A DNA stretch of 32,000 bases from Trichodesmium erythraeum IMS101 (GTDB lineage Bacteria; Cyanobacteriota; Cyanobacteriia; Cyanobacteriales; Microcoleaceae): positions 210,001-242,000 of the forward strand of contig NC_008312.1 in the NCBI RefSeq assembly GCF_000014265.1, read 5' to 3'. Shown here piece by piece: positions 18,331 to 29,487 of this stretch. A model generated the notes under the pieces. It was given only the letters and a program-made list of their open reading frames with translations. It had not been told where the DNA came from and searched no databases. The position numbers were made by a program, and so were the translations under genes. Numbering within the stretch: the stretch's first letter is position 1; every line of letters starts with the position of its first letter.

Positions 18331-19777
18331 TATAGCACTACGCATTCAAGTTAGGAAATATAACAAGTTAGGACATATAATTAAAATGGCGATCGCTAAA
18401 TGGGAAGGGGGATAATTATTAAAATAGTCCAAATCCTTCAATGCTCCAACTATCTACTATACCTGAACTTCCCCCTAAGAAAAATAACACAATGCCCAAG
18501 CCAAAGTAGTTGAGCGCGATTTTTTCAACTACCAGTTACTGGGTAGAATAAATGGGCTTTTAAGGCCGATATAGTACATTTGTATGGAAGGAAGTTCAGC
18601 TATGGAAAAACGTTAGGACAATTCTTAAATGCTCCATCAACGCAATCTCTAATATTTTCAAATTCGTTTTTTCTTTGTTTGATCCATGTCTTCAATACTG
18701 CCCACCAATTTTCTATGTTGTTTAAATCGGATGAATAGGTTGGCAAGTACCATATTTCACATCCGTCACTTTCCACTATCTGTCTAATATTTTCACCTTT
18801 ATGAAAACTAGCATTATCTATTATTATTACATCTCCTTTTTCTAACTGTGGTATTAAGCATTATTATAATTATTTTTCAAATAAGTATCGATTATATCCA
18901 CCTTCAAAAGTTAATGGAGACAAGATTTTTTTCTCTCGTAAAGGGAAGCGTCCAACTGAATCTCTCTGCTCTTTTTCCTGATTTTAATTCATAGCATCTT
19001 TCCCCTTTTGGACTATAACCATAACCATAAACCAGTACAATTATCAAAACCTGCTTCATCTACATAAACCAGTTTTTTTTGATCTACTGTTAATAGTTTT
19101 TCCATAAATTTTTGTCTTTCCACTTCATTTCTTTCTTCATAACCGTAAGTTTTTTTTCTAGTTATACCCAATTAATTTTTGACAAGCTTTTGATACATTT
19201 TGTTGTGTCAAATTATCTCCCCATAACTCTGCTATTTGAATTTGAGTTTTGTGATTATGCCTCAAAACAAATTGTTCAAATTTATCCTAATCCTTAATTT
19301 TTAGTTGTTTGCCCTCTGATTCATTATTAATAGCCTCCAAATCTCCAGTTTCCTTTTTCCTTTTTAACCATAAATAAAGGGTATTTCTGCTAATGTGAAA
19401 AAGCCGACAAATAATACTTTTTTTTCTCTCTTCTTTCTACAGAAGCGATTGCCTTCTGTCGTAATTCATAACTATATGGTGCAGGCATGAAACAATCTTA
19501 AAATAAATTAGCTAATACCATTTTAACTTGTCCTAACCCGAATGCGTAGTGCTATATCGGCCTTAAAAGCCCATCTATTCTACCCAGTAACCGGTAGTTG
19601 AAAAATCGCGCTCAACTACTTTGGCTTGGGCATTGTGTTATTTTTATTAGGGGGAAATTCAGGCATAGTAGATAGTTGGAGCATTGAAGGATTTGGGCTA
19701 TTTTAATAATTATCCCCCTTCCCATTTAGCGATCGCCATTCTAATTATATGTCCTAACTTGAATGCGTAATGCTATA
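18331..19777. mobile_element. IS630-family element flanked by ~230-bp near-identical inverted arms (nested or fold-back structure)
   Basis: Arm 18331-18573 is the reverse complement of 19553-19777, at about 95 percent identity with one 17-bp duplication. The outer tips (tatagcactacgcattcaagttaggac) recur at the inner right end (19530-19556). The arms meet the inner element at TA dinucleotides. Confidence 0.75.
18600..19488 (-). pseudogene. IS630/Tc1-mariner family transposase, frameshifted
   Basis: The minus-strand reading gives MPAPYSYELRQKAIASVE, VYVDEAGFDN, IIDNASFHKGENI and YLPTYSSDLNNIENWWAVLK (DDE motif blocks). It is interrupted by several stops and frameshifts. Confidence 0.75.
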
Positions 19778-20296
19778 ACAACTTTGACAATTTTTTACCT
19801 CAAAAGTTCCACAGTTTATATTAGTTTTAATTCATTAATTAGGATTTGCTAAAAAAGTCTATTAATAAGGGAAATGAGTACGCAGCAATTGCATAATATT
19901 AATTTTTTTGTATTTTTCCACTCAGGTAAGGGAAAATCCTAACCTAAGTGGGAGAATATTAATTTCGTAACTTTTTTGTATGTTTTTCAAGGTAAGCTAC
20001 AACTTAAACTGATAATATATAAAGATTCTATATGGCGTTGCTCAAGTTACTAAGGTAGCGTTTTTTTCTTCTTTTCTATATCCTGTTTTCCTTGTTTACT
20101 AGTTTTAAGTAACTTTGCATTCAGCTCCCCTACTAAAACAAATAAATTTTCTACCTCAACAGTGTAGGAATTGCTATATTGGTTCAGCTAGTCATCTTGA
20201 TATAACTTCTGCTGTGCAGCCCATAAACTTATTTATTAACAAATCAAAAAAGAATCACTTTGTAATTCACCTTATTGACTTCTTTATTCCTAACTG

Positions 20297-22696
20297 TTAA
20301 TTTAATTTCCGCCTGATACTACTCTTTAAATTCCGCAGTAAACCTTTTAATCTATTCAAATTAACCTCCTTACCACCATAACGCCATTCTACATAAGCTT
20401 GCGAAATTTCTTCTATTATTTCTGCTTCATTCCTAGAGTTATATCCCTTAATAGCCTTAGTATATTCAAAAGGGGTCTGAAAACCATGTTTAACTAATCC
20501 CTTACTCGCCATCAAATTCAACATTTGTTGATAGATACTCTCCATAGGATATAACCTTCCTAACCAACGACCATAATGCCATTTTTGCCAAAAAATATAT
20601 AATAACCAACCCAAAAAACCTAAAGCAGTAAATAATATTAAACCAGTAAATATGCCTTGCCAACCTTGAGAAAATAAAGCAAAAAACCAAGCAATAACTC
20701 CCAATATCCAAAGGAATATTCCACCAATAAACCTCTCCAAAAAACCAGTTACAGGAGAAGGTAACCAACCAGCTACCCACTTCCAAAAAACCATTAACCC
20801 AGTAAAACTTTGATTTTTTTCAATGGAAGGAGGAATTAATGGCATTCCCGGAATAGGATTAAAAGCAAACCACCCATACCCCGGAAAATATACCTCCGTC
20901 ATCATATAGGCATCTGTATTTTTGACCACATATAAACCAGTAAAAGGATTAAATTCACCAGGAGCATAACCGGCAACTAATCTCGCAGGAATTCCAATAG
21001 AACGTAACATTATTGTCAAAACAGTAGAAAAATGATCGCCATAACCACCCGTAATTTTTTCCCCTTCCCGGCTATTTTGGTAACCAAATAAAAAAGCTGA
21101 GACTAAATCTTCATCTTCTGCTAAAAATGGTGGTGCTTTTTGAAGTTTATAATTTGGGTTTTGCTTAAGGTATTGAGCTAAATAAAGAGCTTTTTCGTAA
21201 GGAGAAATAATAGGTTTAATTTCTTGAGCAACTTTATTTTTATTTGCTAAAATATCTTCTGTTTTTTGTCTGACTTTTTCTAGTATTTCAGAAGGAATCT
21301 GTAAATAATATTCACTAATACTTTCTGGATAATTTGTTCCCGCTTGACTCAAAATACTACGATTTCGATAAGGAACATTAGAAATTACTGTATAGGTTAA
21401 ACCTTCTCTAAGTTCAAGAGGAGAACGTAAATTTCCATCAAGGTCAATGGCTACTTTTTTAGTAGGAAAATATACTTCTTTGGCCTGATATAAAGCTGGA
21501 ATTAAATTTGGTAGCGGAGAAACTACTGTATAATTTTGAATGACTTCTTTAGTTTCATTTTTATAATTCTTTCTCTGTAAACCCACAGAAAATTGATAAG
21601 AAAAACTGCTACGATCTAAAGTAATAGTCTTATCATTTCGAGAAATTTCCCAACCTTCACCAGTATATTTATCAAATGCTAAAACTCTCCAAAAACCTTC
21701 AGCTTGCGACCTAACTCGCATCACAACTTGAGGCACTAATTGCCCACGCAAATTTTGGTTAATTTTAGTATTAAACCCGTAATAATAAGTATCATTTAAA
21801 CTTCCAGGACCTGATTCTTGGTTAGTTCCATTACTATTTCCAGAACCATCTCTATTTCCCCTACCTTGACTAATATAACCAGGATTTGTAATTGTTCGCC
21901 CATCGAAATTTTCTAAATCAAAATTAATCGTACTGCTCACAGGAAAAGTTCGTATTTGATATCCAGGTAACCTTGGTAAAAAAGCAAAAATTGTCATGCC
22001 CAAACCAAGAATTACTAACAATAATATTGTTAATCGCTTGGGAGACAAAGTAGCATTTAACAGAGATATTTTTTTTTGCTGTTTTTGCCTTCGAAGCTCT
22101 AATTTATTACTGGACAATCTTGAGTACAAACCTAACCTAGAACGGTAATCTAAAACAAGACAAGGAATAGCAAATATAGTAAACACTATTAATACAGGTC
22201 CATAAGTTAAAGTTTGGCTAATAGTGCCTGCAACCCCCAACAAAATTAGCCCTATAACCATTGAATAACCTAAGTCTTTTCGCCTAGGTAGATCGAAGCT
22301 ATGTAAGACTTGAAGTTGAATTAATAATTCAGCCAATACCAGTCGTGTATCATTTAGCTCACCAAATAATCTACTCAAAAAAGCAGCAAAAATTAATAAC
22401 ATTCCGATCGCCAAGCAGAATTTAGCTAGCACATTTCTTTTGTAGCGATTATACCAACTCCAAATTGCTCCTATAATACTTAGTGGTCCTGCCCAAACAG
22501 TTAAAGGTAGTTCATCTGTTGCTACCCCAGCAGCCACGTCAATTGCTATAATACCTACTATTACCAATGCCTGTACCATTACTCGTAATAGAATAGAATC
22601 TTCAGCAATAGGTTTAGGTGCTGCTTGTACTTGTTTCCACAGAAGTCCTAATATAGGTAGATTTCGCACTTTCCATCCAGAAAAATAATTAGACAT
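20297..22696 (-). CDS. TgpA-like polytopic membrane protein with transglutaminase-like core domain
   Basis: 799-aa ORF. It has about 6 N-terminal TM helices (DUF3488-like), a transglutaminase-core-like segment (GGYGDHFSTVLTIMLRSIGIPARLVAGY ... DAYMMTEVYFPGYGWFAFNP) and C-terminal TM helices. Confidence 0.85.
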   Translation of the reverse strand: MSNYFSGWKVRNLPILGLLWKQVQAAPKPIAEDSILLRVMVQALVIVGIIAIDVAAGVATDELPLTVWAGPLSIIGAIWSWYNRYKRNVLAKFCLAIGMLLIFAAFLSRLFGELNDTRLVLAELLIQLQVLHSFDLPRRKDLGYSMVIGLILLGVAGTISQTLTYGPVLIVFTIFAIPCLVLDYRSRLGLYSRLSSNKLELRRQKQQKKISLLNATLSPKRLTILLLVILGLGMTIFAFLPRLPGYQIRTFPVSSTINFDLENFDGRTITNPGYISQGRGNRDGSGNSNGTNQESGPGSLNDTYYYGFNTKINQNLRGQLVPQVVMRVRSQAEGFWRVLAFDKYTGEGWEISRNDKTITLDRSSFSYQFSVGLQRKNYKNETKEVIQNYTVVSPLPNLIPALYQAKEVYFPTKKVAIDLDGNLRSPLELREGLTYTVISNVPYRNRSILSQAGTNYPESISEYYLQIPSEILEKVRQKTEDILANKNKVAQEIKPIISPYEKALYLAQYLKQNPNYKLQKAPPFLAEDEDLVSAFLFGYQNSREGEKITGGYGDHFSTVLTIMLRSIGIPARLVAGYAPGEFNPFTGLYVVKNTDAYMMTEVYFPGYGWFAFNPIPGMPLIPPSIEKNQSFTGLMVFWKWVAGWLPSPVTGFLERFIGGIFLWILGVIAWFFALFSQGWQGIFTGLILFTALGFLGWLLYIFWQKWHYGRWLGRLYPMESIYQQMLNLMASKGLVKHGFQTPFEYTKAIKGYNSRNEAEIIEEISQAYVEWRYGGKEVNLNRLKGLLRNLKSSIRRKLN

Positions 22697-23078
22697 AATT
22701 TTATTGGTAGAAACTGAGGGAATATTAGTTTTTGATTAAGATCATTCACTATTACTAAAAAATAAGAGTCTAATATACTAGAAAACTGATAATTTAACTC
22801 TAGTAAATCTCTATGAAACCCGAATTTTAGCCAATAATAAACTAGCTAAATCAATTAGTAGATAGTGATTTTATCCATTTAACCTATAGCTAGAATATAG
22901 AAGAAAATAGTATAATTTTCAACTAGCCTTAGCTTGATAATACAAAGTTTATAATCGCCTAAAATTATTTTTGGTAATGCATCAAGAAATTGTGAGAATG
23001 ATAAGATTATTATTATCCCTAAATACTCTTAATTATTCTAGAATTGCCTTCTGTGTTGCCATCAGAAAACTTATAAAC

Positions 23079-23740
23079 ATGGAAAGACTAGTAATTTTCT
23101 CAACGATATTATTGTCCTGAATGTCTACAAACTTTCACCGATACTTTAACACTCTCTATTATCGGCGAAAAATTGGTCATGAGAAAATCCCATGGTTTTA
23201 GAGGCTCATGTTGAAGGTAGTAGTTTAAGAGGAATTCGTCGAAAAGTGAATCTGGTTTATAATACAGCAGTCAGTTTAGTCAAGGCGCGCTCTAAAAAAA
23301 GACAAATGTCAAGACTGGCCATGTAAAAAATCTTAAAACCTCACAGGTTACCAGTAATGAATTGTAGTCATTTGTTCAAAAAAACAAAAACATTGTCACA
23401 TGAATAAATTGGCAGAAGATAACTGTTTGATAGTCATGCTTCAAGCTTCATCCAGCGGATTAATTTTAAGTGAAGTGAATAAATAAATATATTGACTAGT
23501 TTATTAAAATTAATTTTCATTTCAATACATAAGGAAAAACTAGCTGTAAACAATGGGATACAGGTAATTGGATAGGGTAAGACTCGTTCATACCCCCCAG
23601 AATTAAAGTACATCATTGGTCAATACCAAACCCAGCATAAAGAGCGAACTGACAAATTGTCATGCAGCTAACGTTTAGGTTGGCTCACGCTTACTTCAAT
23701 TGGATTTAGATCTATACTCGTAAAGACAATACAGCGGTAA
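23079..23740 (+). pseudogene. IS1-family transposase remnant
   Basis: Fragments read RYYCPECLQTFTDT (zinc knuckle), LEAHVEGSSLRGIRRKVNLVYNTAVSLVKA (HTH part), NEL-stop-SFVQKNKN and ERTDKLS...IGFRS (tail). They lie in different frames. A GGTAATGC IS1-like end is present at about 22984. Confidence 0.45.
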
Positions 23741-26527
23741 AAAGGATAGGATGAGCGGCACACCCTGGAGTGGGACAACTAACTAACTCATCCCAGACCT
23801 CGTGCTCTGCACTACCTTCTTTTTTGTAGTCAGGAAGTATACTTATTGCCTTGCTTAAAGCCTCTTTTTGTACAGACTTCCTTGCACCACTTAAATATAA
23901 TAGAAATTTTTTTAGAATTTTATAAATATTAATGGTTAGAAACTAAGGCTTATTATATCTACTCTAATCTCCTGGAAGCTGTGAAAAAAATTATTACCAA
24001 TTTTGAAACTGAATATACAGTTAATTTTGTTTAGGTAGTTAACATTATTAGTTAATTGAATTTTCATTGACTTTCTATATATTTTTTATGGTATGATAAA
24101 GCACTTATTTATTATTATTATTATTAATTATTCCTTATTTACAATATCTAAGGAATGTCTTTTTTTCATTATATATTGAATTGGTCTGCTATTCAGTGAA
24201 AGAGAATATTGCTAATGGAATGTTTAAATCAATTATATAAATGTATAACTATATAATTAAACATTTTGTTTTATTAATTTTTAAATTAAGGGTAATGAAT
24301 TATTCTATGGAATAGATATCTAAAAAATAAAGGTCGTGCTATGATCACAGTATAAATACAAAAAAGATTAGTTATTGAACGATTAATTCAACTACAAAGA
24401 TATCATCAAAAAAAAAGATATCATCAAAAAAAGTCGATATGATTAATTATTGATATTCATTTTTAAGGTTAGCTATATTTAGCCATACAATTTTAAAGCA
24501 GATAAGTTGATAATTTATTAATACATATCTATCAATATCTGCTGTGTTATATAATGCAAATTAGTATGGGAATTGACAATATCTTCTTACCAAGTTTTAT
24601 TTCTTGTAATTTTTTCAGCTCGTTGAGCTAATACTAAAAGTAAATACACGGTAAATATATAACCAGTTGCCAGAATAGGAATTATTACAGGAGTATGATT
24701 GTAGTTCATAGTTTTACCAAATTGTGAGGAGCGTTTTGCTTTAAATAAAGAAGTAACTAATATAACTTATGTTAGATATTAATTAAATTAATTCTAAATA
24801 CAGAAGTTATTTTTACTTAATTTTTAGAGTCAAATAAATTTGTTGATAATTTTTTTAACTCTTATGTTTTACTTACATGTTTTGTTGCTAAATATCAGTT
24901 AAAGCTTGTAGATTTTTTTTTATTTATTTCTACAATGTTATGTATTTTTTGAAGTTTTGTTGAGTTATACTCTACTTGAGTAGTCTCTGTAATTGATATA
25001 TTAAGCTATCAGCAATTACCTATTACTACTAAAAAAAATATTATTAAAGATGGAGGCATTTAAATAAATGTCGCCCTGGATTACTAGATTTTGCCCTAAT
25101 AAATATTACTTGATTTGATAAAAAATACCTGCAAAATTAAGTATTTTTTTTTAGATAGATTTATGATTCAAAGCTATTAATCAATATTAATTTAATAGTT
25201 GTTAATAGCAAATATCTTCCTGGTTTTGATTAGATATTAATCTAAATATACTAGCCTGATCAAAAGTTTTCATACTGAATATTCTCAGTGCTTGGGAAGG
25301 TAATTTAAATCTACTTCTGCTATTAAGTTGTTAATAATTTAAACGACGTATCGTATTGTAAATTTTACCAAAACTGCAAAATTATTACTGTACAAAACTT
25401 TAACTTGAACTAGTTGTTGTTAAAATAGCCAATTCAAATGGTTAATAATTTAAGTTGTCTGCATATATATCTCGTTCATATCATGCAGTATTTAACTGAT
25501 TTACTTATAATCATACAACTTAATAGCTGATTCATACGATTAAACATCAAATTTTAACAAAATCATTATCATTCCTAAATTCTATGTATTCATTTCAGAG
25601 GTTCTTAAATACTTTTCACAATAATGACTAAGTTCTCACTATTAGAGACTGAAAAACCTATTTACTTTTTTTTAATTCAAGGTTCAATCAGTATCTTTTT
25701 TCTATCTTGATTTATTAAAGCTATAACATTTTCAAATGATATATCAAATAAGAGTAAGTTATTTATTAACTGTAAGAACATGAGGCAAACCTTCTTTCCT
25801 GTTGCCTCTTCCACACATATCTTTTACCTAAAAGCAACTAAGTTTTTGACGTGAATCAAATGAAATTGCTATTTTGGATTAATTAAAATTATAGCACAGT
25901 TAATGCTATTTGTATAGATTATTTTGAGATTAGCTTAACAGTTAGATACAATTTACTACTAATAATACTAACATCAACCTATATTTTTGTTACCGCTTAA
26001 GTAAAAACTGAGTTGATCTAAATTCAGATGAGAACGAATAAAACAATAAAATAATCAAGACAATAAACCGTGTTTCCTTATAGAATGAGCAAGTCTTATT
26101 TGTTTGTTTTTTAAAAAACAATTTCATGTGACCATCAAGATTTCCAACTTTCCTATATCTAAAGATAGTTAGTTGATACCAATTTTCTCAAGTATGGCTA
26201 TACATCATACTCAACAAAAAAATCATCAGGACTTAAGCAATTAGGCTATATGTAGAGTACTCAACTGTCATTTTTCACCATGGGGATCCGCTGTGCAACA
26301 CAACCAGAAGAAAGTGTAAAATTAATTCTTAAAAAATTCTAATTTAATTATTTCTTAAATGATAATTAACTTTTTGGAAAAAGATAAAATGGATTAAATT
26401 AGGATAGAACTGAATACTGAAAAAGCTGACTTTAAAAGATCATAAAAATACTGGCTCTTGATCAAACACAAAACAGAATATTTAATTAACTTTGCTTATG
26501 GACTTAACTGGAGTTTTTTATTAATAT

Positions 26528-26561
26528 TTGGGCGATCGGAATGGAAGAGCGATCGCCCAAA
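26528..26561. repeat. Perfect 12-bp stem hairpin built on HIP1-type sequence
   Basis: tttgggcgatcg - 10-nt loop - cgatcgcccaaa. No U-tract follows on either strand, so I do not call it a terminator. Confidence 0.5.
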
Positions 26562-26602
26562 ACAGAGTTTAAATATTGTGCCTTTTTGATCATGCAATAT
26601 AC

Positions 26603-27600
26603 ATAGTGTCTTTGTGTAAGTTCTGGTAATTAAAGAAAAAATAGCTATCTAGAGCGATCACCGAACAAAAAAAATGGCCAAAACATACTCATTCTCCCAT
26701 CTATATTCGTGTGATATGAGCAAATTCAAAATTAAGAAGGTTCTCAACGTCACATAGTGCAAAGATTTCAAGTTAGTTTGGCTTTTGTCTTTGATTTATT
26801 ACGGCATTATATAACCCAATTGAACTGTGAATCCAAAGCAACATAGAGAAATACCAAAGATTCAAATGGATGGCCATGTTAATTCTTTAATTCAGCAGCA
26901 AATCGAACAAAAACCTTATATTTTACTTTGTAAATTATGTGAATCTTTATAAATTAGAACTAGAGTGAAAGTGAGTGTATCAACGATGTATCGAATCAAA
27001 AAAAGTCAATATAAGTAGAAAAAAAGTCTTTATGCTTGTTGACCAACACAAAGAAGATATTAAACATGCAATGCACTTGTGTATCGAAAATAGCTGGCTA
27101 GATTTATGTAGATATAAATAATTTGGTTTTTGTTGACGAATTAGGAGTTAAGAACGAATCACTGGTCTTTATGATCGAGGGAAGATAGAAGAGAGACTAG
27201 TTAGCAATACCCCTATAAATAAATGACAGTAATTGGTAGTACAAATAAAAATGTATTTGAAGCATATATAAAGTAGATTTTAGTAACTCTACTTAGGCCC
27301 AGGGTAATGGTACTAATAGATAATTTAAGTTTATACAAAGGTTCTATAATTCAAGGGTTAATTTCTTTAACAGGAGCCAAGTTAATGTTCACACCCTGGG
27401 TACTCACCTGATTTTTGATCCATCGAACTAAACTATGTTAGTCAAAATTCAAAGAGTTTCTCTGCCTTCATCAAGCTCTTTCTTCAGGAACAATTATATT
27501 GAATTATATAAGAAGCGATCGCTCAAATTACTAAAATCGTAGCATAAATTTTTAGAAAAATAGTTTATTCAGATAAAAACCGCTGTATAATAGGGTACAA
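26603..27600 (+). pseudogene. Second, heavily decayed IS630-family copy
   Basis: The left TIR is atagtgtctttgtgtaagttctgg. Fragments read MAKTYS..., FVDELGV, VLIDNLSLYKGSIIQGLISLTGAKLMFTPW and SKFKEFL, with many stops. The right end is not identifiable. Confidence 0.5.
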
Positions 27601-28305
27601 TGATTTAAAAAAGTTGGAAAATTATCACGAAACTCAAATAAATCGACAGAAAGACTTTGCCAATTTTTGGAAATGTCTAATGAAGTTAGCTAAAAATTCC
27701 CAATTTACTCACTCAAATCCTAATAAACTCGTTGTTTATATTTAAAATCAGTTGTTTTGTATTGATAAATTTTTGCTTACATATCTGAACTTTTTTCTTA
27801 TACTAAATTTGAGATAATTTATTAAATTTTAGATTTGAGAACTAGAGAAACGGTTAGTAAAAAGTTAAAAGTCTTGATGGGTCAACCTTTAAAGATTTTG
27901 TTACTGATTAGTTATTTCTACCATCCTGCATTAATGTTTAATTGTATAAATTAATATACTTATTGAGCCACTCAAAAAGCTTTGATCCAAAGGGAGGTCA
28001 GAAAAAAATAATATTACTAACCTTTGCAACTAAAAACTGGTTAATTTTTAACGCCATTCCCGGAAAGAGGACTAATATTAACCCAACACAATTAGTGCTA
28101 TTTGTACAGAGTATTTTGATAACTTCTTAATAATTAGATACAATCTACTACTTCTAATGGCATTGACTTATAATATGGCTTATTTTTTTGAAAATATTTT
28201 ATTTTAGAATCAAGATTTTTAACTTTCCTATATCAAGGATGCTTAGCTTAGAATAGGAATATAATTTGTAAAATTTTGTTAACTTGTAGCTTGATTGGTT
28301 AATCC

Positions 28306-29277
28306 ATGACCACTTCCACTCTCCTATTCTCTCCAGTAGAAGCAGACCTTCAACTGCTAACGAATAACTTAAAACAATTGGTAGGTGCCCGTCACCCTAT
28401 ATTGTACGCGGCGGCAGAACACCTATTCCGCGTCAAGGGAAAGCGGATAAGACCAGCTATTGTCCTATTAATTTCACGGACTACCATGCTAACGCAAGAA
28501 ATTACTCCTAAACATCGTCGTTTAGCAGAAATTACAGAAATGATCCACACTGCTAGCTTAGTTCACGATGACATAGTAGACGAATCAGAAATCCGTCGAG
28601 GCGTCCCTACCGTTCACAGTTTATTTACTAATCGTATTGCGGTACTAGCTGGAGATTTTCTATTTGCTCAATCATCTTGGTACTTGGCCAACCTGGATAA
28701 TCTAGAAGTTGTGAAACTTCTTTCAAAAGTAATTATGGATCTTGCCGAAGGAGAAATTCAGCAAGGACTACATAGATTTAATACTGATTTATCCATAGAA
28801 GCTTATCTAGAAAAGAGCTATTACAAGACATCTTCTCTAATTGCTAATAGTTCTAAAGCTGCAGCTATTATTAGTGATGTCCCACCAGAAATAGTCCAAG
28901 ATATGTACTACTATGGAAGATATATAGGTTTAGCATTCCAGATAGTGGACGATATACTAGACTTTACCAGTGCTACAGAATCTCTGGGAAAACCTGCTTG
29001 TTCAGACCTCAAAAGTGGCAACTTGACAGCACCCACATTATATGCTTTGGAAGAAAAGCCTGCATTAGAAAAACTACTGGAAAGAGAATTAGCCCAAGAT
29101 AGCGATTTAGAAGAAGCTATTCAATTGATTAAAAATAGCCGAGGTATTAAAAGGTCTCAAGAGTTGGCTACTAAATATGCCAAAATGGCTGTTGAACATT
29201 TACAATCTTTACCAGATTGTGATTCTCGTCAAGCTCTAATTAATCTTACTGACTATGTTTTAAGTCGCCTGTCTTAG
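28306..29277 (+). CDS. sds: All-trans polyprenyl (solanesyl) diphosphate synthase
   Basis: 323-aa ORF. It has the first aspartate-rich motif LVHDDIVDESEIRRG and the second FQIVDDILDF, plus GKRIRP. The length and sequence are typical of cyanobacterial solanesyl diphosphate synthase. Confidence 0.88.
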   Translation: MTTSTLLFSPVEADLQLLTNNLKQLVGARHPILYAAAEHLFRVKGKRIRPAIVLLISRTTMLTQEITPKHRRLAEITEMIHTASLVHDDIVDESEIRRGVPTVHSLFTNRIAVLAGDFLFAQSSWYLANLDNLEVVKLLSKVIMDLAEGEIQQGLHRFNTDLSIEAYLEKSYYKTSSLIANSSKAAAIISDVPPEIVQDMYYYGRYIGLAFQIVDDILDFTSATESLGKPACSDLKSGNLTAPTLYALEEKPALEKLLERELAQDSDLEEAIQLIKNSRGIKRSQELATKYAKMAVEHLQSLPDCDSRQALINLTDYVLSRLS

Positions 29278-29487
29278 CTTTTACTATTGTCCAATAATTA
29301 GTTAGTAATAATGAACGAATACTATTAATTAGTGTATGGCTAACAAACAATATTTATATTGATACTAACTAGGGTTTTTTTGAGCCGATTTTAAATTATC
29401 GTTTCCAATTATAATTTTTATATATTTGCTTGAGGTAATTGAATTTTTAATAATACAAAATCCAGAGTGGGAAAATATTTCAATATC

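Noticed and set aside
24396-24433. Tandem 18-bp direct repeat aaagatatcatcaaaaaaa x2, plus (ATT)n runs near 24105-24130.
   Set aside because: There are only two units, in very AT-rich low-complexity DNA. This is consistent with slippage rather than with a functional array.
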